From the IMG/VR virus record IMGVR_UViG_3300028829_005098, positions 32,001 to 96,000 of that record: a stretch of DNA of 64,000 nucleotides; one strand, 5' to 3'. Source of the stretch: a virus. Within the stretch, counting starts at the first letter, position 1. Each line of letters starts with the position of its first letter. Position numbers and translations under genes: made by a program. The notes below the pieces were generated by a model. That model saw nothing but the letters and a program-made list of their open reading frames with translations. It was not told where the DNA came from and did no database searches. This document shows, one piece after another, positions 51,524 through 60,477 of this stretch.

Positions 51524-51982
51524 TTATACGTCCACTGTTAAATTAAGTTCTTGTGTTGAATTTGGAATGTTAATAACTGAAAAGACTAATTCTACTTCTA
51601 CAGTATATGGATTATTTCTATCCTCTTCTGTATATGCTTCGGGTCGTTTTATATTTACTTCGTCTATTACTATTTCAGGCATCCACATTTCTGTTGTTTC
51701 TATTATTGTATCTTCAAGTGCAACATCAGATAATTCAGTTGTACTTGGTTCAAATAAAACTGCTTTTAAATCACTTCCGTAGGTTGGCATCATGGGTCGT
51801 TCACCCTTTGCGGTTAACAACAACATTTTTAAGTTTGTTTTTACCTTTTCCAAATCTGTGTATATCTGCGAAAAATATCCATACTCATTATCACGACCAT
51901 ACGGAATCCTAATCCCCAAAGGAACTTTTTTCCCTTGGACTATACTATCCGTTGACGGTCGTGGTGGTATTCTATTTTTCAC
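51524..51982 (-). CDS. gp25: Baseplate wedge subunit (gp25/GPW-like)
   Basis: NLKMLLLTAKGERPMMPTYGSDLKAVLFEP, WMPEI. Confidence 0.93.
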   Translation of the reverse strand: MKNRIPPRPSTDSIVQGKKVPLGIRIPYGRDNEYGYFSQIYTDLEKVKTNLKMLLLTAKGERPMMPTYGSDLKAVLFEPSTTELSDVALEDTIIETTEMWMPEIVIDEVNIKRPEAYTEEDRNNPYTVEVELVFSVINIPNSTQELNLTVDV

Positions 51983-51984
51983 TT

Positions 51985-52383
51985 TTACGCATTACCCTTT
52001 TTCTTATCTACCGCAGTTAATAATTCTGAATAATCACGTGTTAATGCTCGTGATAGTGATTCCGGTAATTCAGATGTTGATACTTCATTTCCGTTGAAAT
52101 CCTTTATTGTATTTGGATCGTGTTTTTCGTGAGGTACACCTCCTGTTGTTTCATTAAGTATTTTATTAAATACTTCGTTTTTTGAGTATCTTTTTTGAGG
52201 TTTGTTTGTTTTACTTGCGGTTAATACCTTTTTAGTAATTTCAATTGGATCGTCAGTTTTTGATTCCACAATATTACTCTTTGAAGGTTTTACATTAAGT
52301 TCACTAAGAATGTTTGGCAATGTTGCTTTCAATTCTAACTTAACTGCTTCTCGTATTATTTTAATTAACTCTTGCTTTTTCAT
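51985..52383 (-). CDS. Hypothetical protein
   Basis: MKKQELIKIIREAVKLE leader; ILNET; ALTRDYSELL. Confidence 0.75.
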   Translation of the reverse strand: MKKQELIKIIREAVKLELKATLPNILSELNVKPSKSNIVESKTDDPIEITKKVLTASKTNKPQKRYSKNEVFNKILNETTGGVPHEKHDPNTIKDFNGNEVSTSELPESLSRALTRDYSELLTAVDKKKGNA

Positions 52384-52408
52384 TTTAATTTCTTTCTACA
52401 TATATATA

Positions 52409-55400
52409 TTATCCATCTATAAATACTCTGCTACTTAATAATGTTGGTAGTCTTGCTCGTAATCCTGATAATTGTCCTTGTTGAGCAGGTGATGAGGTTG
52501 TAATATAAGGGTCGTTATGAACATGACCCGATAACCACCCACACAATCCACTTAACCACCCAACTGCTACATCTCCTTTTAAAACAGGATGTCTTGTTGT
52601 AACATAAGCACCTAAGTGTATAGTGGGTGATATAACCGATGTATGTACCTGTGTTTGTGTTACTATTCTCTGCAAGGCATCAAGTGTTATTTCATCATCT
52701 GTTGCTATTCCATATTTACCTTTTGCGAATGTTACAAATTCTCCTGACTTGGATGAAATAATAACTCTTTCTGAATTTATTATTATTTGATTTCCGTCTA
52801 GTTTTGGAAGTTGTTTACCGAACATTAGACCTCCTGCACTTCCAATGACTTCTTCCTCAACTGCATCCATTTCATTGTTGAATGTAGTTTTCTTAACATT
52901 TTTTGCTTCAGCAAGTGAATCTTCAACTGCCTTTGCATCTTTTAACATTTCTAAATCAACTGGTGCCAAACAAGCAACCGCATTTAAGTCTGCTCCTGCA
53001 ATTGGTGTTCCTGCTAATGATGCGGCTGTTATTTCTGCTCCGTTGTGTATTGATTTAACAGAACTTGGATTTTGGGGTGCAGCCCGTGTATTGTCCGATG
53101 CACTTGGTCTTATGTTTGAAGAACTTGATTTAATGTTACTAGAAGCAGATGCTGGTGGAGGATTATTTGTGTTATTTGGTTGCGTTCCACTTGATGATGA
53201 ACCACCTCCACTTGTTGGTGTAGAGTTGGATGGTGTACTACTACTTGTCGTTGATGCACTTGGTTGTGAGGAAGAAAAACTTGGCATTGAACCACTTCCC
53301 CCACTTGAAGAAGTAATACTTGCATTTGCACTTGCGTTCGCACTTGCACCACTTGAAGTAGAACCAACGGATGTAGAACCACCAATTCTACCAACAGTAG
53401 ATGCCGCCGCAGTTCCTCCTGCAGTAGCACTTGATGCTCCTGAGTTGAATTGGACACCTTTATTGAAAGAGTTATATTTTATGTCACCTAAGTCACGTGA
53501 TGTGGTAACCGATGCAACACTTGCACCACCAAAATTGAATCCCGATGCAAATGGACTTGCATCTTTGTTTCTAAATAATCCAGTGAGTGGATCAAATCCC
53601 ATTGTTGCAACTTCATCATTTCCTTTTTTAAGAGAAAGTCCCATAGAACCAAAAGAAGCACCCGCAGCCTTAAGTTGTGCTTTTTCTTCTTCCGTAATAA
53701 TAGATGTGTATTGCTGGTCAAAGTCTTTATCGTTTTTGGTAAATGCTCCGAGTATTCCTTTTTCCGAAAAATTATCACCTATTGCTTTTACTTGATCTTT
53801 TGCAGAAGATGCAGATGGATCAAGAAATTTAGTTGCTTCACCTTTAAGTGTATCAGTTAATGTTGATCCATACTCTACTTGATTCACCCAATCACACAAA
53901 TCAAAAGTAAGTTTATCAAGATTGAAAGCAAACATAGCACCAAAATCAAATCCAAAATCAAATTTTAAATTTCTAAGTCTTTCAAATATTGCCATTAGTA
54001 AAGCAAGTAACTCAAGATTTATTCCAAACGAAAGCATCCAACCAAGTTGCTCTTCGGTATCTGAGCCAAATTCTTTTTTCTTTTTTGCCGTGGCACAAAT
54101 ACTTTTTACACCAAATGATGCAAGTTTAAATAACTTAAACATTGAACTATCTTCAGAGTTTATTCCCAAGTCATCAAATCCATCTACACCAATTCCAAGT
54201 GAATTAGCTGCCGACAATGCTCGTCCTGCTTTTGTTTTTTTGAATAAATGATTCTTACCAGCACTTTTTCCTTTTTTAAGTGCTTTCGTTAAACCACTTT
54301 CATATACAGAGTTTAATGAAAAATTACCTGTACCGACCCCCTTTAAAAATTTACTTTTTCCAGTTTGTGAGTTTATAGAAGAACCTACTGCAGCCGCACC
54401 TGTTACTCCCGCACCACCCGACATACCTGCTCCACCACCCGTGGAAACCCCCTCCACGTTTACAATTTTTGAAGTATTTGCCATTCCCATTTTGCCAAAA
54501 CGATTACCCACCTCCATACCGTCACTCGGACCTATTGCAGTTCCAAAACTTGCTCCTAGTGATCCGGCATAGTCTCCTTTGGATGCGTGTTTTGCGGCTG
54601 CTCCTGGTCCTGGTTGGTATATGCCTCCACCTGCACCCCCACTTGACGCAGAAATTCCTCCGGCTACTGATGATGCAGCTCCTGCTACTGCCATTCCTGT
54701 TTGAGCTGCGTTGTAGGCAGCCATGGGTCCTGCTAATTGACTTTGAACATATGCTTTTCCAGCTGACTCTGCTACTTTCATGCCTGCCTTTGCTACTGCA
54801 CCTGTCGTATTTGCAGCTGCACTAACACTATCTGTTATTTGACCCCCGGCAGATTGTGCTACTTTACTTAACCCTTTAAAGTTTTTTGGTGCTTTCTTTT
54901 TCGGAGCACCACCCCCTCCACCTGTTCCACCTAATGTTGGAACAAATTTAGATACAGTTTTTCCACTTGTGATGTGAATGGATGAACCGTCTAAATTAAT
55001 ATCTTCCAAGACGGTGTGGGAATATATGCGTTCGTTTCCTTTTTTTGGACACGGACGATTTCTAATTAAAATCATTGGATTACCCAAGTTACCACTATAA
55101 TCCTCTCCGTTTCCTTTGCTTGTTCCTGCGTCTATGGATGGATTATCTTCATAGCAACTAAAACGTATACTATTTCCAATTCTACTTTCTATTATTGTAT
55201 CACCCTCAAAATGACGAAGTGGTCTGATTTTATTGTTTGCTTTAAAATACTTTCCAAGGTATTGACCAAACTCGTTTGATGCAGGACTTATTACAGATGG
55301 ATTTTTAGCACCTTTTAAATTTGGGCAGTTTTTAGGAGATAGTTTATTTCCAGCACCATATCTTGGTTCTGTTCTAAAATCTGCGGAGTTATTTAAAAAG

Positions 55401-55828
55401 TTTCTTGAATTTATTCTCCGAGTATAATAAATGTTATTAATGTATTTAACAATTACTACATTTTCATTTACCAATGGATATTCTTTAATTCCTGTTTCAA
55501 GTGGAAGAATCCATGATAGTTCAAGCATAGGAGATTTGTTTTGACTAAATATACCTCTTGCCTTGATTCTTCCAATCCAAGAATAATCTATGTCACCTTC
55601 ATTATTGTACCCTTCAGGCCACTCATCAGATTTTACTTTAGGACAAAGTTCTTTATCTGAAAATATTGGATGTTTTTCATCACGAATAACATCAAGAACC
55701 ACCGCAGGTTCTAGTTCATAGAATTGTACAGTATCAGGTGTAGAAGAAAAAAGTTTTCTTTGTGTAACTAGTTGGTTTGTGCCGAGTTCTTTAGTTACGG
55801 ATTTTTTTGTAAACTTGGTATATGCCAT
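52409..55828 (-). CDS. Baseplate central spike (gp5/gpV-like) with a large low-complexity insertion
   Basis: OB-fold-like start (IGRIK, YPLVNENV), EGDTIIESRIGNSIRF, GNQIIINSERVIISSK, IHLG and terminal HVH; two genes upstream of gp25. Confidence 0.65.
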   Translation of the reverse strand: MAYTKFTKKSVTKELGTNQLVTQRKLFSSTPDTVQFYELEPAVVLDVIRDEKHPIFSDKELCPKVKSDEWPEGYNNEGDIDYSWIGRIKARGIFSQNKSPMLELSWILPLETGIKEYPLVNENVVIVKYINNIYYTRRINSRNFLNNSADFRTEPRYGAGNKLSPKNCPNLKGAKNPSVISPASNEFGQYLGKYFKANNKIRPLRHFEGDTIIESRIGNSIRFSCYEDNPSIDAGTSKGNGEDYSGNLGNPMILIRNRPCPKKGNERIYSHTVLEDINLDGSSIHITSGKTVSKFVPTLGGTGGGGGAPKKKAPKNFKGLSKVAQSAGGQITDSVSAAANTTGAVAKAGMKVAESAGKAYVQSQLAGPMAAYNAAQTGMAVAGAASSVAGGISASSGGAGGGIYQPGPGAAAKHASKGDYAGSLGASFGTAIGPSDGMEVGNRFGKMGMANTSKIVNVEGVSTGGGAGMSGGAGVTGAAAVGSSINSQTGKSKFLKGVGTGNFSLNSVYESGLTKALKKGKSAGKNHLFKKTKAGRALSAANSLGIGVDGFDDLGINSEDSSMFKLFKLASFGVKSICATAKKKKEFGSDTEEQLGWMLSFGINLELLALLMAIFERLRNLKFDFGFDFGAMFAFNLDKLTFDLCDWVNQVEYGSTLTDTLKGEATKFLDPSASSAKDQVKAIGDNFSEKGILGAFTKNDKDFDQQYTSIITEEEKAQLKAAGASFGSMGLSLKKGNDEVATMGFDPLTGLFRNKDASPFASGFNFGGASVASVTTSRDLGDIKYNSFNKGVQFNSGASSATAGGTAAASTVGRIGGSTSVGSTSSGASANASANASITSSSGGSGSMPSFSSSQPSASTTSSSTPSNSTPTSGGGSSSSGTQPNNTNNPPPASASSNIKSSSSNIRPSASDNTRAAPQNPSSVKSIHNGAEITAASLAGTPIAGADLNAVACLAPVDLEMLKDAKAVEDSLAEAKNVKKTTFNNEMDAVEEEVIGSAGGLMFGKQLPKLDGNQIIINSERVIISSKSGEFVTFAKGKYGIATDDEITLDALQRIVTQTQVHTSVISPTIHLGAYVTTRHPVLKGDVAVGWLSGLCGWLSGHVHNDPYITTSSPAQQGQLSGLRARLPTLLSSRVFIDG

Positions 55829-55830
55829 TA

Positions 55831-56232
55831 TTACTTCTCATCAATTTTTTCACTTAGTTGCTTATCTATTGCATTATTTTGAACTTCAATATCATTAAGT
55901 TCTTTTTTTACATTATTAAGCAATTCTTCTTTTTCGGCATCAGTTAGTCCATAGCCACCACCTGAGTCTTCCGATGAATTTGAAGTACCTGCTATAAATC
56001 TTTGTAGCACCGCAGACAATTTAACAAGTTGATCGTCATTTTTTACTCCTACATCAATATAGTCTTTTATCATAGGTGCAATAACAGTTGCAGAACCTAC
56101 ATCCTTAACCATTTCTCTCAAATCCTTAATAAGTTGATTAATTTGGTCTTTCTTGTGATTAGAATTAAAATAAATATCTTTTATAAGAGACGAGAATGTT
56201 TTTCCCTTGAAAATTTCTGTATCATTTTCCAT
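55831..56232 (-). CDS. Hypothetical helical protein
   Basis: 133-aa ORF preceded by ATATTTAT-N4-ATG (motif at 56237-56244). Confidence 0.75.
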   Translation of the reverse strand: MENDTEIFKGKTFSSLIKDIYFNSNHKKDQINQLIKDLREMVKDVGSATVIAPMIKDYIDVGVKNDDQLVKLSAVLQRFIAGTSNSSEDSGGGYGLTDAEKEELLNNVKKELNDIEVQNNAIDKQLSEKIDEK

Positions 56233-56274
56233 AAATATAAATATAAATGTATATATTTTTTATAGAATAATAGT

Positions 56275-57054
56275 TTAATCTGCTTTAATATATCCTGTAG
56301 TTAAGTAGTCTTTTGTAATTTGACTCTGTATATCTTTCATTTTGTTTACTACTTTCGTAATACTCTGTGTCTTACAACTAGTCATTTCACGAATATATAG
56401 GTACAATGCTTTTTTATTAAAGTTTTCAATACTATCACATCTACGAAATATTTCAACTACCGCAGCTGCGATTTGTAATTCTTGTGGTTTTTTGAATATC
56501 TTTTCTAGATTATTATCATAATAGTTAATCATCAATCTTACAAACTCACTTAATTCTTTTTTCTGATTTTCGTTTTTCGGATTAACTGTTAATTCTTTTT
56601 TCTCGTATATAATTTCGTCATCATCAACACTTGTATGTCGTTTGAATTTCTTATAATTTCCGTTGTTATATAAAATTAAAAAGTTCTTTGCAATAATACT
56701 AAAGTATGAAAATGCCTTTCCGTTGCCCTGTCGATATTTGTGTATATTGCTAACTAAATTACTAACTACTTCTTGTTGAACTTCTTCGTGACTACATTGA
56801 AAATAAGAAAACTTAAATGTATTTAGAATGTTTTCCGCAAGTTTATCAAACGGATAACTTATTCTTTCATTGTAGATATTGTTCCTGAAATGAACATCTT
56901 CGGAATTGTTATATTCGACAATTGCATCTTCTGTGTCCTGTGAAAAATAAATTTTATCACTACTAGTTTTTTTCTTACGACGTCTACGTTTTATTACCTT
57001 TTTTTCAGTTTTTTCAACAACTCCCCTTTTTTTTTCTTTTTTTTCATTAGTCAT
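56275..57054 (-). CDS. gp55: Phage late-transcription sigma factor (T4 gp55-like)
   Basis: YF..DTEDAIVEYN, LAENI, KAFSYFSIIAKN resembles the gp55/sigma region 2 (xAFxYFT). Confidence 0.7.
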   Translation of the reverse strand: MTNEKKEKKRGVVEKTEKKVIKRRRRKKKTSSDKIYFSQDTEDAIVEYNNSEDVHFRNNIYNERISYPFDKLAENILNTFKFSYFQCSHEEVQQEVVSNLVSNIHKYRQGNGKAFSYFSIIAKNFLILYNNGNYKKFKRHTSVDDDEIIYEKKELTVNPKNENQKKELSEFVRLMINYYDNNLEKIFKKPQELQIAAAVVEIFRRCDSIENFNKKALYLYIREMTSCKTQSITKVVNKMKDIQSQITKDYLTTGYIKAD

Positions 57055-57307
57055 CCGATTGTTCTACCTTTTCATTTAATTCTGTGATTAACTCTGTTAT
57101 TTCTTCAAATGTCGTACCAACTTCATCATCTTTTTCAAACATTTGTTTAGAGTCTATATCTTTCCACCCATTTCGTATTCTATTTAATGAATATAATATA
57201 TCAGATATCCATGCTTCATAATTTGAAAGTTTTGTGAATAAATTCCAAATAATAAAAGAGCAAACACATAGCAATGTGCCTAAAAAAATACTTATATACA
57301 TATACAT
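57047..57307 (-). CDS. Small single-pass membrane protein
   Basis: N-terminal hydrophobic helix then coiled coil; TTGACA at 57340-57345 upstream. Confidence 0.7.
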   Translation of the reverse strand: MYMYISIFLGTLLCVCSFIIWNLFTKLSNYEAWISDILYSLNRIRNGWKDIDSKQMFEKDDEVGTTFEEITELITELNEKVEQSDD

Positions 57308-57358
57308 ATTCCCTCTAAGTAAACATTAAATTTAAAAAATGTCAATAATTTAATATTT

Positions 57359-57990
57359 TTAATTACTTTTTTCGTCTTTGTTTGTGGGTATATTACCAAG
57401 TGTACTGTTTGGGATATATCCGTTTGAGTTTTTGTATATTTTATTTACAAAATATTTATTATGAGCATCCATTGAACTTTTTTTCCAAGGAACATAATAA
57501 GGTCCTTTTGGTTCAAATATAGGGTCATCATCTTCACTATGCAATGGTGTTGAAATAACATTATCGTCCTCCAAGTTTCTTTTTACAGTTTTTGGAGTCG
57601 GGTTTGGTGTGGGGGTCGGTGTTGGAGTTTCCTCGGGTGTAGGAGTCGGTGTAGGTGCGGGGGTCGGTGTTGGAGTTTCCTCGGGTGTAGGAGTTGGAGT
57701 AGGAGTTGGGGTTGGAGTTTCCTCGGGTGTAGGAGTCGGTGTGGGGGTTGGGGTTTCTTCAGGTGTTGGGGTTGGAGTTTCCTCGGGTGTAGGAGTCGGT
57801 GTAGGAGTTGGGGGGGTGTAGGAGTCGGTGTAGGAGTTGGGGTTGGAGTTTCCTCGGGTGTAGGAGTTGGGGTAGGTGTTGGGGTTGGAGTTTCCCCGGG
57901 TGTTGGAGTTGGGGTGGGAGTTTTTATATCGTCTATAAAGTCACCCTCTCTTTGAAATCTATCGGCAAACGGAAGGTCGTCTATCCAGTT
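57359..57990 (-). CDS. Frameshifted Pro-Thr-rich C-terminal extension of the upstream membrane protein
   Basis: No own ATG; [27 protein letters not shown]... follows A10 in the -1 frame, and a second -1 at C7 (57810-57816) restores the PT frame that runs into the 57359-57574 ORF. Confidence 0.6.
57592..57921 (-). repeat. GC-rich (TP)n-EE tandem repeats
   Basis: Recurring CCCGAGGAAACTCCAAC units encoding PEETPTPTP. Confidence 0.9.
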
Positions 57991-59072
57991 TTTTTTTTCG
58001 GCATCTCGTAGTCCCTTGTGATTTTTCCACCTATCATAATATTATATGCAAGTACAAGTGCAACTGCAACCGGATCAAAAACAAGAACAATTACAATAAT
58101 AAACCACTTAACTACCGTATCTACTTCTGAGTTAAATGACTTTGCTATAAATTTAAAACTGCCAATATCAGTTGCACGAATAGATTCTTTTTCTTCTAGA
58201 ATTTTGGATTGATTTTCTTTTATTTTGTTATAATGTTTTTCTATAATTGGTCCTGTATTTACTTCTTTTGTTGTATCTCGCAATCCATTTACTTTTTCTA
58301 CAAAAATGTCGTATTCTTTTTGTATTTCAGTATCAAGTCTTGTAATAGTTTCTTTATATGACTTGGATGCAGTTTCTTCTTCTTCCGTCAGAGTTTTTAA
58401 TGATGATGTAATCGAGTCTCTTTCAGTTTTTTGCAATTCAAGTAATTCTGCTACTTTCTTTTTTGTGTCAACAAAGAAACTATTCTTTGCTTCAAGGTCA
58501 CTTTTTGCTTTATCTAAAACTTCCAATCTATTTAACAATTGTTGACGTCTGTTCATCATATTTTCTGTGTCAGACTTTCGTCTTTCCGATAAACTTTCCT
58601 GTCTCTTTCTTCTATCGTCAACAAAATCATCGTATATTTTTTGAAATCCTGCTATTGTATCTTCTTTTCTATTATCAACTTTGTCGGAAGTATTTTTAAG
58701 TGTAGAAATTTCTTCTTCTATTATTACTATCTCTTTGTTAAGTTGGTCTATACTTGCCTCGTGCATTTCTACCCGTGAACGAGTATCATCATACGCATCA
58801 CTTAAAAAACCATAAATACCAAGTGATGTAATTCCCACTAAAACTATAACAGATATAGTAGAATACCATTTTAGCATTCTTGGAATTCTGTCCCAATATC
58901 TATATAAGAAGGATGTCATTGCAAGTTTACCTGCCTCAAGTACACCTGCCATTACCATAGCAGCGATTGATGCACCTGCAAACAATAAACCTATACCTCT
59001 TACAGAGAAGAAAGCAGCTGTTCCTGCTACTGCTAATGCGAGTCCACCTATTATCGCAGTAAATAACTTCAT
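57981..59072 (-). CDS. Multi-pass membrane protein with long coiled coil
   Basis: Three N-terminal hydrophobic helices (LEAGKL, TSLGIYGFLS), coiled coil, C-terminal helix IVLVFDPVAVALVLA; GAGGAG SD. Confidence 0.85.
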   Translation of the reverse strand: MKLFTAIIGGLALAVAGTAAFFSVRGIGLLFAGASIAAMVMAGVLEAGKLAMTSFLYRYWDRIPRMLKWYSTISVIVLVGITSLGIYGFLSDAYDDTRSRVEMHEASIDQLNKEIVIIEEEISTLKNTSDKVDNRKEDTIAGFQKIYDDFVDDRRKRQESLSERRKSDTENMMNRRQQLLNRLEVLDKAKSDLEAKNSFFVDTKKKVAELLELQKTERDSITSSLKTLTEEEETASKSYKETITRLDTEIQKEYDIFVEKVNGLRDTTKEVNTGPIIEKHYNKIKENQSKILEEKESIRATDIGSFKFIAKSFNSEVDTVVKWFIIVIVLVFDPVAVALVLAYNIMIGGKITRDYEMPKKKTG

Positions 59073-59114
59073 ATCTATATATATCTCCTCAAAATTTATT
59101 TAGTATTTCATTAT

Positions 59115-59122
59115 ATAAATAT
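59115..59122 (-). promoter_or_regulatory. Candidate late promoter ATATTTAT
   Basis: Directly after the hsp20 terminator. Confidence 0.55.
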
Positions 59123-59132
59123 ATTATAATAC

Positions 59133-59157
59133 AAAAAAGGGAGCATTTCTGCTCCCT
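59133..59157 (-). terminator. Intrinsic terminator after hsp20
   Basis: AGGGAGCA-GAAA-TGCTCCCT hairpin followed by a T run on the minus strand. Confidence 0.9.
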
Positions 59158-59187
59158 AATTGATTTTTAAAAGAAATATATATACAC

Positions 59188-59682
59188 TTAGAGTATCTTA
59201 ACTTTCTTTGCCTTTGTTTCTATCACTTCTCGTTTTGGAATTGTAACATTAAGAATTCCGTTATCGAATTTTGCGGAAATATTATTTACATCTAGGGTAG
59301 AATCATCCACTCTAAATGATCGTTTAAATGAAGATCTTTTAAGTTCCTTGTAAACATACTTTACACCAGGTTCTTCAATATCAAACTTTTTATCTCCTGA
59401 AATCGTAAGCATTCCATCTTCATATTCAACCGATACATCTTCTTTTCCAAGTCCAGCAATTTCCGCCTCAATTCTAACATCATTTTTAGTATCTGCAACA
59501 TTTACTCTTGGATATGAACTATTTCCGAAGAAGTTTACTCCAAATTCTTGACTAAAACTTGGAAATGCTTGATTTACTACTTTGTCAAACAGAGAATCGA
59601 ATGGTACTAAGAATTCGTCTCTAAGATTTGGAACGTGTTTATTTAGTCCTGTTCCGTTGGACTTATAATTATATTTTTTCAT
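59188..59682 (-). CDS. hsp20: Small heat shock protein Hsp20
   Basis: YPRVNV, AEIAGLGKEDVSV, SFKRSF, AKFDNGILNVTIPK; start moved to 59682 (AAAGGA SD). Confidence 0.95.
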   Translation of the reverse strand: MKKYNYKSNGTGLNKHVPNLRDEFLVPFDSLFDKVVNQAFPSFSQEFGVNFFGNSSYPRVNVADTKNDVRIEAEIAGLGKEDVSVEYEDGMLTISGDKKFDIEEPGVKYVYKELKRSSFKRSFRVDDSTLDVNNISAKFDNGILNVTIPKREVIETKAKKVKIL

Positions 59683-59704
59683 TGTATTTTCCTTTGTTTT
59701 GGTT

Positions 59705-59751
59705 ACGAACCCCGATTGGGCATTCGTGAGTGACCCGATAGGCATCACTCA
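59705..59751 (-). promoter_or_regulatory. Structured 5' leader of hsp20: two tandem bulged hairpins
   Basis: TGAGTGA-TG-CC-TATC-GG-G-TCACTCA and ACGAA-TG-CCC-AATC-GGG-G-TTCGT. Confidence 0.75.
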
Positions 59752-59755
59752 TATT

Positions 59756-59763
59756 ATAAATAT
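59756..59763 (-). promoter_or_regulatory. Candidate late promoter ATATTTAT, 4 nt before the first leader hairpin
   Basis: Same spacing as the motif-to-ATG distance at the apparently leaderless genes. Confidence 0.65.
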
Positions 59764-59783
59764 AATTGAATATGTAAATATTA

Positions 59784-60449
59784 CTAAATTAAATCTTTTG
59801 TTTTTAGAAATTCAGTATATTCAAGTGTAGTTGCCATGTGGTCTGCCCAATGAACTATTTTTGGGAGAAGTGTTTTTAACTCACCCCCCAATCTAAATGA
59901 CTTTAGATAAAACTCATTTGACTCATCATACATTCCATCCGACAACTTGATTCCTAAGAATTCTTTTTGAGTAATTTTTACATCAAAGTCTTGTAGTAGA
60001 AATAATGCTCTATCCGTTACCGTCATGCTTTGAATTTCAGGATTTATTTTAAACATTGATCCTTGGTTCTTTCTATGCCAGTCAGACTCTTCTACATTAT
60101 AGTATTCACCATCTAAATCACCTAGTTTGCCTAAGTCATGGTTTAATGCACAAAATAATAACTCATCTTCTGTGAAGTCTACTTCACCTCCGAGTTTGTT
60201 GAATAAAAGAACCATTCCCTTTGCAGTACGACATACATTCATAACATGGTCAATATACCCACCTGAGTAAGCATTGTGGTATTGGACTTTTCCACTTGCA
60301 GGTGCAACTAATGCTCTTAGACCTAGACACCCATCGTCTGTTCCGTACATATGGAGAAGTTTCTCCTTTCGTTCTCCTGAGAACGTATTTTCAATAAATT
60401 CTAAAAATCTAGTATAATTTTCTTCTAATTGGGACTCTGTATAATTCAT
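59784..60449 (-). CDS. HD-domain phosphohydrolase
   Basis: APAS..YHNAYSGGYIDH, ALNHDLGKLG, HWAD; TTGACT-N16-TAAAAT upstream. Confidence 0.88.
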   Translation of the reverse strand: MNYTESQLEENYTRFLEFIENTFSGERKEKLLHMYGTDDGCLGLRALVAPASGKVQYHNAYSGGYIDHVMNVCRTAKGMVLLFNKLGGEVDFTEDELLFCALNHDLGKLGDLDGEYYNVEESDWHRKNQGSMFKINPEIQSMTVTDRALFLLQDFDVKITQKEFLGIKLSDGMYDESNEFYLKSFRLGGELKTLLPKIVHWADHMATTLEYTEFLKTKDLI

Positions 60450-60477
60450 AATCCCTTATTTTATATATAATATATTT

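Noticed and set aside
52845-53795. 316-aa plus-strand ORF
   Set aside because: Antisense shadow of the low-complexity spike insert; the other plus-strand ORFs likewise overlap convincing minus-strand genes.
55831-56232. Possible terminase small subunit
   Set aside because: Size and helicity fit, but no recognisable motif and far from terL; left as hypothetical.
57047-57307. Holin or spanin call
   Set aside because: A single TM plus coiled coil is compatible, but there is no adjacent endolysin or partner lipoprotein.
57592-57921. Possible CRISPR array or origin iterons
   Set aside because: No unique spacers; variation falls at third codon positions, consistent with a coding repeat.
57609-58011. 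Gly-Val and Trp-Gly repeat ORFs on the plus strand
   Set aside because: Reverse-complement readings of the Pro-Thr repeat.
59683-59748. 22-aa N-terminal extension of Hsp20 in the ORF track
   Set aside because: Region forms the leader hairpins; SD-led ATG is at 59682.
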